Source: an uncultured Bacteroidota bacterium (lineage in GTDB: Bacteria > Bacteroidota > Bacteroidia > Bacteroidales > UBA12481). Taken from it: DNA of 16,547 nucleotides. Location: positions 1 through 16,547 of the forward strand of contig CAIXHD010000211.1 in assembly GCA_903919065.1 (NCBI GenBank), in the 5' to 3' direction. The notes below the pieces were generated by a model. It was not told the origin of the DNA and did not search any database. It was given only the letters and a program-made list of their open reading frames with translations. Each line of letters begins with the position of its first letter. Position 1 is the stretch's first letter. The position numbers were made by a program, and so were the translations under genes. This document shows, piece by piece, positions 4,491 through 12,475 of the stretch.

Positions 4491-6376
4491 TACTTCTTGA
4501 ACGTATTCCCGCTCATCGTAAACGCCGTAACCTTATCCCCATACCCCCACTCTTTGGGCCAGCCCGGATTTTTCCAGCTTACGGTGGTGTCCTTGTTTAC
4601 ATATATCATCGCGTCGTAGGGTGGCGAGTGACTTATAGCGGGTTGGCTGCCTGAATAAAAAGTGTTGCCTTTCAGTTCAACGCCGGCAGTCCGATGTCCG
4701 CGGATGCTGGTATGTGCCGTATTTCTGATGGTATTGTTTTCCACCAGATATCCTTTGCTGCCTTCATCAATGAACATTCCGTTATTGGGTGATGCATGAT
4801 TAAGTTCGCTTCGCAGGATATCGTGAATATCGTTCCCGGAAATGACCGATCCGGGCTGAAAACCTAAGGTGTAAATTCCACCTCCATCGCCGAGCATCTG
4901 CATGGCATGATGAATTTTATTACGCAAAATCCGGTTTCCATGAGAGGAGGTCGGCAAGGGATTCCATTGCCATCCAACGGAAATCCCGGTGTACGGAAGA
5001 TCATATATTTCGCTGTCGGAAATTTCATTATTGGCACCAAATCCAAACCAGACACCCACCGAACCCTGGAATGAAACTCCAGCTTTGTAAATCTGACATT
5101 TGGAAAAAGTGTTGTTCAGCGGCAGTAAAAGGGAGTCTTTAAGAGGATCAAAAGTCAGACCAATCATGGCCCCGTTGCCGCCAATATCGGTAGCCACCAG
5201 CTGTTCGACGAGGTTATTCCGGCATCCTTCACCCAGTCGGATTCCATTGCCACCGATACGACTAAGCAGACACATAGTGATTTTGCAATTTTCGGCCCAT
5301 TTCATTTCGATGGCCGGATTAATCAGGCCGGCCCCTCCGGTAGCTTCGGTATTCCCCGGATAATAGAATGCCGCCTGCATACCATCGTGACTGAATGCCG
5401 GAAGTATATAGGCGCAATCCTGAAAATTCAGGTTGCGGAATTCTAGATTTTTAACTGTATTTCCATGGTCGCCGATGACCTCCACCAAGCGCGGAACCAC
5501 TGCCGCAATGGCAACTGTTTTTTCGAAATTCTGGCCCGGTAACGGTTTATAGTAGAGCCGGTGAGCCTTTTTATCGAGAGCCCATTCCCCTGCCTGATCG
5601 AGAAAGGAAGGATCCCCCTCGAGAAAACAACTGTAGCGGTCGGCACTGCCTGCGAATATGGAATTATACGAACCATCATAAAGGGCGAACGGAGGTTTCA
5701 GCATGATCTCCGCCGGATCGGCATTGAGGCTGGAGGCGTGAAACCTTGATGTGGTCCAGTCTTTGAAAACCACCATTTCAAACTCTTCAACCGGCATCAG
5801 ATTCTTGAAAAGTTCCCTGTCCTTAACCGCCACCGTAATATTGCGGACCGTTGAATCAGGGTTATAAACCCATGTGGATTTTGTCAGATATATACGTGAC
5901 AGCGAGTCGGTGAGGTTTGGCGTTCTGGCCCTCGTGGCACGAATTCCATCGATATATAATTGTTCAAAATAGATGTCCGGGTCAACATTGGCCCACCAGA
6001 TACCCAGACCGCCATCCTGAAATCCATTGATGATCCGGCCGCCGGAAATTGTGGTTTTACCGTCCGGTGCCCCTTCCCAGGTGACTTTCGATTTTCCGGA
6101 ACCGCCATCTGCCGCTGAGAATACCAGGGGATTTTTAAGGAACCAGGTGCCTTCGCGGAAAATCACACGGATATCCCGACCGGGGTTGTCGGATCGGATC
6201 TTTCGTGCGGCCTGCTGTGCCGCTTCGGTACTAAAGAATGGCTGCGATTGTGAGCCATTATTCTGATCATTTCCGCCTTGGGAGACGTAGATTTTTTTTG
6301 CCGGCAGAATGCTGCAAGCTACTGTCAGCAAAAGGATTGGGATGATGGCGGTTGTTTTCATAACCGAAAGATACAT
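4490..6376 (-). CDS. Secreted right-handed parallel beta-helix (pectate-lyase fold) protein, probably a lipoprotein and probably carbohydrate-active
   Basis: 628-aa ORF with an alternative ATG at 6361 (MKTTAIIPILLLTVACS lipobox). The N-terminal KKIYVSQGGNDQNNGSQSQPF is typical of beta-helix family proteins. Downstream there are repeated GGNGI / NN-containing turns (GGNGIRLGEGCRNN, IGGNGAMIG, NNEISDSEIY, GNRILRNKIHH). Confidence 0.75.
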   Translation of the reverse strand: MYLSVMKTTAIIPILLLTVACSILPAKKIYVSQGGNDQNNGSQSQPFFSTEAAQQAARKIRSDNPGRDIRVIFREGTWFLKNPLVFSAADGGSGKSKVTWEGAPDGKTTISGGRIINGFQDGGLGIWWANVDPDIYFEQLYIDGIRATRARTPNLTDSLSRIYLTKSTWVYNPDSTVRNITVAVKDRELFKNLMPVEEFEMVVFKDWTTSRFHASSLNADPAEIMLKPPFALYDGSYNSIFAGSADRYSCFLEGDPSFLDQAGEWALDKKAHRLYYKPLPGQNFEKTVAIAAVVPRLVEVIGDHGNTVKNLEFRNLNFQDCAYILPAFSHDGMQAAFYYPGNTEATGGAGLINPAIEMKWAENCKITMCLLSRIGGNGIRLGEGCRNNLVEQLVATDIGGNGAMIGLTFDPLKDSLLLPLNNTFSKCQIYKAGVSFQGSVGVWFGFGANNEISDSEIYDLPYTGISVGWQWNPLPTSSHGNRILRNKIHHAMQMLGDGGGIYTLGFQPGSVISGNDIHDILRSELNHASPNNGMFIDEGSKGYLVENNTIRNTAHTSIRGHRTAGVELKGNTFYSGSQPAISHSPPYDAMIYVNKDTTVSWKNPGWPKEWGYGDKVTAFTMSGNTFKK

Positions 6377-6493
6377 AATTCATGCAAAGTGCCCGGTTAA
6401 TGCTGTTATGAAAGTGATATAAACGAACGATCCATCCGAGAAAAGTAAGTAAATTGGTCACTGATAAATCGGTAAATAATCAATCTTCTGCCA

Positions 6494-7174
6494 ATGTCGA
6501 AACCTCTATTCAGACTGGTCTTAGCCCTGTTAATCGGGCCTTTGATTTCTATATCACTGCAGGGTCAGAGTCCAACGCGGTTTCAGGAAGAGATCAACCA
6601 GTTTAAGGCAGATAAGACTGATTATTCAAAGTCGAAAAACCTGATTTTGTTTACCGGCAGCTCAACAATCCGAATGTGGACCAGCCTCAAGGATGATTTC
6701 CCAGAGCGGAATGTTTTGAATCGCGGGTTTGGCGGATCCTACATGAGTGAGCTCCTCTATTATGCGGATACCCTGATTCTGCCCTATAAGCCTCGAATTA
6801 TTTTCATTTATGAGGGGGACAATGATCTTGGATCCGGTCAAAAGGCAGATGATATTCTGGAATCTGCCCGCCTGCTGGTTGAAAAAATACACCGGAAATT
6901 ACCCCACTCAACCATTTGCTTTTTTTCGGCTAAGCCCAGTCTGGCCCGGTGGAACCTGCACGAGACGTTTGTTGATTTTAATCGGAGGCTGGAGCAATTC
7001 ACCAGAAAATATAAGAGGGTATACTATTTAGATACCTGGACCCCGATGATTGGTGCCGACGGGAATGTTAAAAACGATCTTTTTCTGGCTGATGGACTGC
7101 ATATGAACCGCAAAGGTTACGATATCTGGAAAGAGGCGGTTAACGAATTTCTTGATCATAAATTGAAACGATAA
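6494..7174 (+). CDS. Secreted SGNH/GDSL-family esterase
   Basis: Signal peptide MSKPLFRLVLALLIGPLISISLQGQ. SGNH blocks: I FTGSSTI, II NRGFGGS, III IYEGDNDL, V DGLHMNRKGY. Confidence 0.85.
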   Translation: MSKPLFRLVLALLIGPLISISLQGQSPTRFQEEINQFKADKTDYSKSKNLILFTGSSTIRMWTSLKDDFPERNVLNRGFGGSYMSELLYYADTLILPYKPRIIFIYEGDNDLGSGQKADDILESARLLVEKIHRKLPHSTICFFSAKPSLARWNLHETFVDFNRRLEQFTRKYKRVYYLDTWTPMIGADGNVKNDLFLADGLHMNRKGYDIWKEAVNEFLDHKLKR

Positions 7175-7183
7175 TTTTAGGTT

Positions 7184-8557
7184 ATGGAGGAAAATCATCC
7201 TGTGGGACTGGAATCGGAATCATTACGAATTCTTGAAAAAGCAGTGAATAGTCTTAGCGGCGGATTTCAGTCGCTGGATGAATTCAGCTCTGCTCCTTAT
7301 GATATGAAGCAGCTGGAAGATGTGCTGATGCAGGCGGCCGAGCGAATGAAGGACAATTTTCCTTATTTCCATCCGATGTATGCCGGACAGATGATGAAGC
7401 CACCGCATCCGGTTGCGCGACTGGCCTACATGCTTTCGCTGTATATCAATCCCAATAATCATGCACTGGATGGAGGACGTGCCAGTTCGCGGATGGAGAA
7501 AGAAGCCGTGGCGGTGATTGCCGGAATGTTTGGTTGGGATGTTTTTCTCGGTCATCTCACCGGTGGCGGTACGATGGCCAATCTTGAGGCATTATGGGTA
7601 GCAGGACAGGTGAACCCGGGTAAGCTCACCGTAGCCTCTACCCAGGCACATTATACGCACGATCGTCTGAGCAAAGTGCTCGGCCTGCCATTTAAAACCG
7701 TACCTGCAGATCGGCTTGGCGAGATGGATATAACCGCTCTGCGGAATTTGCTGGATAGCGAGGACATCGGTACTGTAGTGGCAACAATTGGAACCACGGC
7801 GACCGGCGCAACCGATCCGCTATCGGAAATACTGCGGCTCCAGGAACAATATAAATTCAGGATTCATGCTGATACTGCTTACGGCGGATATTTCACCCTG
7901 ACTGATAATCTGGCACCTGCAACCCGCGAGGTTTACGACCGGTTAAGCGAGGTGGATTCCATCGTGGTGGATCCGCACAAACACGGCCAGCAACCTTATG
8001 GCTGCGGCTGTATTCTTTTCAGGGATCCGTCGGTAGGACAATATTACAAGCACGATTCACCCTATACTTATTTCAGTTCCGATGAGCTCCACCTGGGTGA
8101 AATCAGTCTGGAGTGCTCGCGCCCCGGGGCTTCGGCAGTTGCTCTCTGGGCAACCCAAAAACTGATGCCACCGGTGAAGGATGGCGAACTGGCCGGATTG
8201 CTGGCCAAGGGACGCCGGGCAGCATTAAAGCTTTTCGGGCTGTTAAGCGCTGATCCCCGTTTTATTACTGCTTTCCCTCCGGAGCTAGATATCATCATCT
8301 GGGCTCCGGTAGCATCCACGGTGAGCGAGGCATCACGAAAATCACGTGAGCTCTTTGCCGAGGCTCAGAAAAATAACCTTCATCTGGCACTAGCCGATTT
8401 GCCCATAAACTTTTTTAATCCTGAAAAAGCAGGAATGGTTCGAGATCAGGACCATATGGTTTGTCTGCGATCGGTGCTGATGAAACCGGAGCATGAGGAG
8501 TGGGCCGATAAAATCTGGGAAGTCCTTGACCAATCAGCAAAAAATATCGGATTATAA
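7184..8557 (+). CDS. Group II pyridoxal-phosphate-dependent decarboxylase family protein (MfnA/tyrosine-decarboxylase-like fold type I), cytoplasmic
   Basis: [53 protein letters not shown] and the PLP-lysine block [21 protein letters not shown]. No signal peptide. The ATG lies 9 nt after the SGNH stop. Confidence 0.8.
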   Translation: MEENHPVGLESESLRILEKAVNSLSGGFQSLDEFSSAPYDMKQLEDVLMQAAERMKDNFPYFHPMYAGQMMKPPHPVARLAYMLSLYINPNNHALDGGRASSRMEKEAVAVIAGMFGWDVFLGHLTGGGTMANLEALWVAGQVNPGKLTVASTQAHYTHDRLSKVLGLPFKTVPADRLGEMDITALRNLLDSEDIGTVVATIGTTATGATDPLSEILRLQEQYKFRIHADTAYGGYFTLTDNLAPATREVYDRLSEVDSIVVDPHKHGQQPYGCGCILFRDPSVGQYYKHDSPYTYFSSDELHLGEISLECSRPGASAVALWATQKLMPPVKDGELAGLLAKGRRAALKLFGLLSADPRFITAFPPELDIIIWAPVASTVSEASRKSRELFAEAQKNNLHLALADLPINFFNPEKAGMVRDQDHMVCLRSVLMKPEHEEWADKIWEVLDQSAKNIGL

Positions 8558-8607
8558 AAACCGAAATTCGAATTGAATAAATTACAGGATTAGTAAAATA
8601 TTAGCCA

Positions 8608-9477
8608 ATGAAAGTCCGCCCGGGTATTTTTAAGAGTATTGTTCTTACAGGGATTTTGTTGGGATCCGGATCATTTCTAGCCGCTCAGAATCGTGTTAAC
8701 CCGATTGTTTTTGGTGTCTGCTCCGCTATGACTAATTCTGCAAGTCTTAAGGATTTCGGTTACGCTTATGTGGAAGGAAGCGTTGGTCGCGATTTGATGC
8801 CCGCTAAACCGGATTCGGAGTTTGAAAAAAAGATGCTTGAATTTGACAGCTGCCGGCTTCCGGTGATCGCCTGCAACAGTTTTATACCCGGAACTTTGAA
8901 GATTACCGGTCCGGATGCAAAGCCCGATACCGTACTGCGTTTTGCTGAAGTTGCCTTTCGCCGGGCTTCCGCGGTGGGCGTCAGGATCATAGTTCTCGGC
9001 AGTGGCGGAGCCCGGGGCATACCCGAGGGATTCGACCGTCAGGAGGCGCGTAACCAGTTTGTGGGTTTGTTAAAGGAGATGGGGCCGCTGGCCCGGAAAT
9101 ACGGAGTGACAGTAGCTATCGAAAACCTCCAGAGCTCAGAGTGTAATTTTATTAATTCGGTGGGTGAAGGAACATCCATTGCCAGAGAGGTTAATGATAA
9201 TAATATCAGGGTTTTGGCAGATATTTTTCATATGATGAGGGAGCATGAACCTCCGGAGGCTCTGATTGAGGCGGGGAAATATCTGGTTCACTGCCATATC
9301 GCTGAACTCCGCAATCGCACAGCACCCGGTATGGACGGGGACGACTTCACCCCCTATTTTGACGCCTTGAAAAAGATGGGCTATAAGGGTGCTATATCTA
9401 TCGAGGGATCCTGGAAAATTGAGGATCTGCAAAAATCATGTCAGGTAATGACAGAACAATGGGAATCAAATCAGTAA
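8608..9477 (+). CDS. Secreted sugar phosphate isomerase/epimerase (xylose-isomerase-like TIM barrel) family protein
   Basis: Signal peptide MKVRPGIFKSIVLTGILLGSGSFLAAQN. Family-typical blocks IIVLGSGGARG, VTVAIENLQSSECNFINS, LADIFHMMREHE and ISIEGSW. Confidence 0.8.
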   Translation: MKVRPGIFKSIVLTGILLGSGSFLAAQNRVNPIVFGVCSAMTNSASLKDFGYAYVEGSVGRDLMPAKPDSEFEKKMLEFDSCRLPVIACNSFIPGTLKITGPDAKPDTVLRFAEVAFRRASAVGVRIIVLGSGGARGIPEGFDRQEARNQFVGLLKEMGPLARKYGVTVAIENLQSSECNFINSVGEGTSIAREVNDNNIRVLADIFHMMREHEPPEALIEAGKYLVHCHIAELRNRTAPGMDGDDFTPYFDALKKMGYKGAISIEGSWKIEDLQKSCQVMTEQWESNQ

Positions 9478-9492
9478 ATTAAACTTCATATC

Positions 9493-10866
9493 ATGACAAA
9501 GCGAAGAGATTTTATCAGGCAAAGCGTGGTCGGATCGGCCGGAATTGCCATTGGTGGCATGGGCTTTACGGCCAAGTCCTATGGGTCGATTATCGGGTCG
9601 AATGATCGTATCAACTTATGCGTTATCGGAATACGTGGCCAGGGAGAACTGCATATCAATAAATGGGCGAGTCTGAAGGATGCACGGAATGTGAGGATCA
9701 AGACTCTTTGCGATGTTGATGAGCAATATTTCGCCGAGCGTTCGGCTTTGGCTGAAAAGCTTACCGGATACAAACCCGGCACCGAGTGGGATATGAGGAG
9801 GGTGTTTGATGATAAGGAAATTCATGCTGTATCCTTTGCTGTACCTAACCACTGGCATGCGCTTGGGACTATCTGGGCAGCCCAGGCCGGAAAAAGTGTA
9901 TATGTCGAAAAGCCTGCCTGCTTCAATGTTTTCGAAGGCCGGCAGATGGTGGCAGCATCAAGGAAATATAATGTCAGGATACAGACCGGTTGCCAGAACC
10001 GCTCCATACCGAACGTGATGGCGGCCATGAAATTGTTGCACGAAGGCGGAATTGGTGAGGTGTATATGGCACGCGGTCTATGCTTCAAGCCACGTGATTC
10101 TTTTGGAATTGCACCCGACAGCCAGGCTCCGGCGACCCTGCATTACGATGTATGGCGCGGACCGGCCCCCATGCGCCCGTACAATGAAAAACGGGTACAC
10201 TACAACTGGCACTGGCACTGGGATACCGGCAACGGTGATACCGGCAACCAGGGACCGCACCAGTTCGATATCGCCCGATGGGGACTGAACAAGAATGAAC
10301 ATCCGGTGACAGTTTATTCATCAGGCGGCATTTACGGAATCGATCCGAAAGTGTGCTCACAGGAGACTCCGAATACCCAGGCATCCGTATTTAAATATGC
10401 TGATGGCAAAATTCTGGAATTTGAAACCCGCGGTCGGTTTACCAATGCCGAATCCAAGCTCGATATCAAAATCGGGAACATGTTTTACGGAACCGACGGG
10501 TACATGGAAATTAATGGAAGCTCCTGGAAAGCCTACAAGCAGAGGGAGAAGGAACCGTTTGCAGTATCTGCCCCTGAGACAGCTGCCGTGTCCACAGATC
10601 CATCTTACCGGGCAGCTCCCGGCGGATCAGAACACTTTGCCAATTTCCTCGATGCTATCCGCTCGGGTAAGGATTCTGATCTTACCTGTGATATTCTTGA
10701 CGGTCATTTGTCGGCTGCATTGCCGCATCTGGCCAATGTTTCTTATCGCTTAGGCAGGGAAATCAGGTTCAATGGAGGTACTGAGAAATGTGTGAATGAT
10801 GCTGAGGGTGATGCACTGCTTACGCGTATATATCGCAAGCCTTACGTGGTTCCTGAAAAGGTCTGA
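9493..10866 (+). CDS. Tat-exported Gfo/Idh/MocA family oxidoreductase
   Basis: Twin-arginine signal MTKRRDFIRQSVVGSAGIAIGG. Rossmann start INLCVIGIRGQG, then VYVEKP. The block HYNWHWHWDTGNGDTGNQGPHQFD is typical of the periplasmic subfamily. The ATG lies 15 nt after the TIM-barrel gene. Confidence 0.9.
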   Translation: MTKRRDFIRQSVVGSAGIAIGGMGFTAKSYGSIIGSNDRINLCVIGIRGQGELHINKWASLKDARNVRIKTLCDVDEQYFAERSALAEKLTGYKPGTEWDMRRVFDDKEIHAVSFAVPNHWHALGTIWAAQAGKSVYVEKPACFNVFEGRQMVAASRKYNVRIQTGCQNRSIPNVMAAMKLLHEGGIGEVYMARGLCFKPRDSFGIAPDSQAPATLHYDVWRGPAPMRPYNEKRVHYNWHWHWDTGNGDTGNQGPHQFDIARWGLNKNEHPVTVYSSGGIYGIDPKVCSQETPNTQASVFKYADGKILEFETRGRFTNAESKLDIKIGNMFYGTDGYMEINGSSWKAYKQREKEPFAVSAPETAAVSTDPSYRAAPGGSEHFANFLDAIRSGKDSDLTCDILDGHLSAALPHLANVSYRLGREIRFNGGTEKCVNDAEGDALLTRIYRKPYVVPEKV

Positions 10867-11426
10867 TTTTAAAGAGAAACACGGAGACATGGAGAGCATG
10901 GTGAGACACGGAGATGATTAGTCAGAAGCATATTAATGCGATTTCGTACAAAATAATAGGGTGTGCCATTGAGGTGCACAGAGAGCTGGGGCCGGGGTTG
11001 CTTGAATCGGTATATGAAACCTGTTTTATCGAGGAACTCAGAAATTCGGGACTTACTGTTCAATCCCAGGTCTCGGTTCCAATTCAGTATAAAGGCAAAG
11101 ATCTTGGTTGTACGTTAAAACTCGATTTGCTCGTAAATGATTTGATAATTGTTGAAGAGAAAGCAGTTGAATTGATAGTTCCACTATACAAAGCGCAGCT
11201 TCTGTCTTACCTCAAATTAACAGGTAAACCTAAAGGCTTATTGATTAATTTTAATTGCCAGAATATAAAGGAAGATTTAGTTTCTCTAGTGACCTCTGAA
11301 TATGCCAAACTACCGAAAATCTAGTTTCAATGTCTCTGACTAATTCGCCAAACTACCAAAGTCCTGATATAAACTCTAAAATAATCTCTGTGCCTCTTTG
11401 TGTTCTCCGTTTCTCTGTGGTTAAAA
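10867..11426 (+). mobile_element. 560-bp GxxExxY cassette bounded by imperfect inverted purine-rich repeats (TTTTAA...CACGGAGA / TCTCTGTG...TTAAAA)
   Basis: The left flank 10867-10913 is ttttaaagagaaacacggagacatggagagcatggtgagacacggag. The reverse complement of the right flank 11381-11426 is ttttaaccacagagaaacggagaacacaaagaggcacagagattat. Shared blocks are TTTTAA, AGAGAAAC, GGAGA and CAC(G/A)GAGAT. The cassette starts the nucleotide after the upstream stop (10866) and ends 9 nt before the next ATG (11436). No transposase is present, so mobility is inferred only. Confidence 0.45.
10914..11324 (+). CDS. GxxExxY family protein (PD-(D/E)XK-like fold)
   Basis: Carries the eponymous motif GLLESVYE within IIGCAIEVHRELGPGLLESVYETCFIEEL, followed by LDLLVNDLIIVEEKA and KAQLLSYLKLTGKPKGLLINFN. 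At 136 aa the length is typical for the family. Confidence 0.9.
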   Translation: MISQKHINAISYKIIGCAIEVHRELGPGLLESVYETCFIEELRNSGLTVQSQVSVPIQYKGKDLGCTLKLDLLVNDLIIVEEKAVELIVPLYKAQLLSYLKLTGKPKGLLINFNCQNIKEDLVSLVTSEYAKLPKI

Positions 11427-11435
11427 CTAGTACCT

Positions 11436-12449
11436 ATGAAAAATTTTGAAGATAAAATCGGCCATCCGTCGCAGCTCGGCGGAATAGAAACCTCAGTCCT
11501 CGACAACGGCGCCGGTCGGGGTGTGCGCATTGCCTGGATCAATACCGGATCGGGATTGCGGTATAAAGTAGTAATAGACAGGGCAATGGATGTTGCTGAA
11601 ACCTTTTATAATCAGCACGGTCTGGCGTGGATCAGCAAAGCAGGTATCCGTCCACCTGAGACTGCAGCCTTTGTTGGTTTGGAGTGGCTCCGAAACTGGG
11701 GTGGTGGTTTGGTGACAACCTGCGGCATCAGCTACATGGGGAGCCCTGAATCCGATGAGAATGGGGTGCGCGGTCTGCATGGCCGTATCAGTAATCTTGC
11801 AGCGGAAATCGTATCCATCATTCAACCGGATCCGGAAAATGGCAAGATGGATTTCAGCATCACTGGAATTATGCGGGAATCAGGTGTATTCGGACCGCAT
11901 CTCGAGCTGGAACGTACAATTTCAGGTACCCTCGGCGTGCCCGAAATCCGCATTTCCGACCGGGTAACCAACCGCGGTAATTCTACAGCGCCACATATGC
12001 TGCTTTATCACCTCAATATGGGCTGGCCATTGATCGACAAGGGCACTCAGCTCAACTGGAAAGGTAAGTGGCAGTCGCGCGGGAATGATCTGGACAATGA
12101 AATTTTTCATGAGGGCGGAACATTCCGCGAATGTCAGGAACCCATGGATTCGCACCATGATGGCGGCGAGGCCTGTGCATTTATCGATATAGAACCTGAT
12201 GCAGCAGGAAATTGCGTTTGCAGCGCAGTGAATCCGACGCTCGGAATCGGTTTGGAAATCAGCTTCAAAAAAGAGCAGCTGCCGTGGCTTATCAACTGGC
12301 AGCACTGGGGCAAGGGCGAATATGTTACCGCCCTGGAGCCTGCCACCAACCTGACCGTCGGACAGAGTGACGCCCGCACGAACGGCTCGCTCATTATCCT
12401 CCGCCCGGGCGAAAACCGCGAGTACGAATTAAAGCTCAGGATGTGCTAA
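11436..12449 (+). CDS. DUF4432 / aldose 1-epimerase-like family protein
   Basis: I place the start at ATG 11436 (MKNFEDKIG). The track ORF starts at GTG 11400, inside the cassette repeat. Blocks GGIETSVLDNGAGRGVRIAWINTG, GLHGRISN and PHMLLYHLNMGWP fit my recollection of DUF4432. Confidence 0.75.
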   Translation: MKNFEDKIGHPSQLGGIETSVLDNGAGRGVRIAWINTGSGLRYKVVIDRAMDVAETFYNQHGLAWISKAGIRPPETAAFVGLEWLRNWGGGLVTTCGISYMGSPESDENGVRGLHGRISNLAAEIVSIIQPDPENGKMDFSITGIMRESGVFGPHLELERTISGTLGVPEIRISDRVTNRGNSTAPHMLLYHLNMGWPLIDKGTQLNWKGKWQSRGNDLDNEIFHEGGTFRECQEPMDSHHDGGEACAFIDIEPDAAGNCVCSAVNPTLGIGLEISFKKEQLPWLINWQHWGKGEYVTALEPATNLTVGQSDARTNGSLIILRPGENREYELKLRMC

Positions 12450-12475
12450 TCATCACATCAAAATATAATCATAAG

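Noticed and set aside
4205-4619. Track ORFs 4205..4468 (+) and 4431..4619 (+) in the large intergenic region
   Set aside because: The sequence is made of hairpin elements and 34-bp repeats, and the same peptide fragment (TELNESTF / TELIESTF) appears twice because of the repeat. The second ORF runs antisense into the beta-helix gene.
7223-7555. Antisense and shadow ORFs inside long genes, for example 7223..7555 (-), 8068..8319 (-), 9136..9432 (-), 10085..10384 (-), 11493..11825 (-), 11922..12305 (-), 12469..12837 (-), 14195..14557 (-), 14673..15047 (-), 5100..5363 (+) and 6027..6266 (+)
   Set aside because: Each lies wholly within a longer ORF on the opposite strand or in another frame, and that longer ORF has recognisable family motifs. 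Their translations are Arg/Cys/Pro/Ser-rich, as expected for non-coding frames.
11400-11435. Longer N-terminal extensions from non-ATG starts in the track: GTG 11400 (DUF4432), GTG 12443 (GH36), TTG 14490 (adenylating enzyme) and TTG 1586 (membrane protein)
   Set aside because: The extensions overlap the cassette repeat or the preceding gene. They precede an in-frame ATG that gives a clean signal peptide or a typical N-terminus, so ATG 11436, 12476, 14523 and 1565 are preferred.
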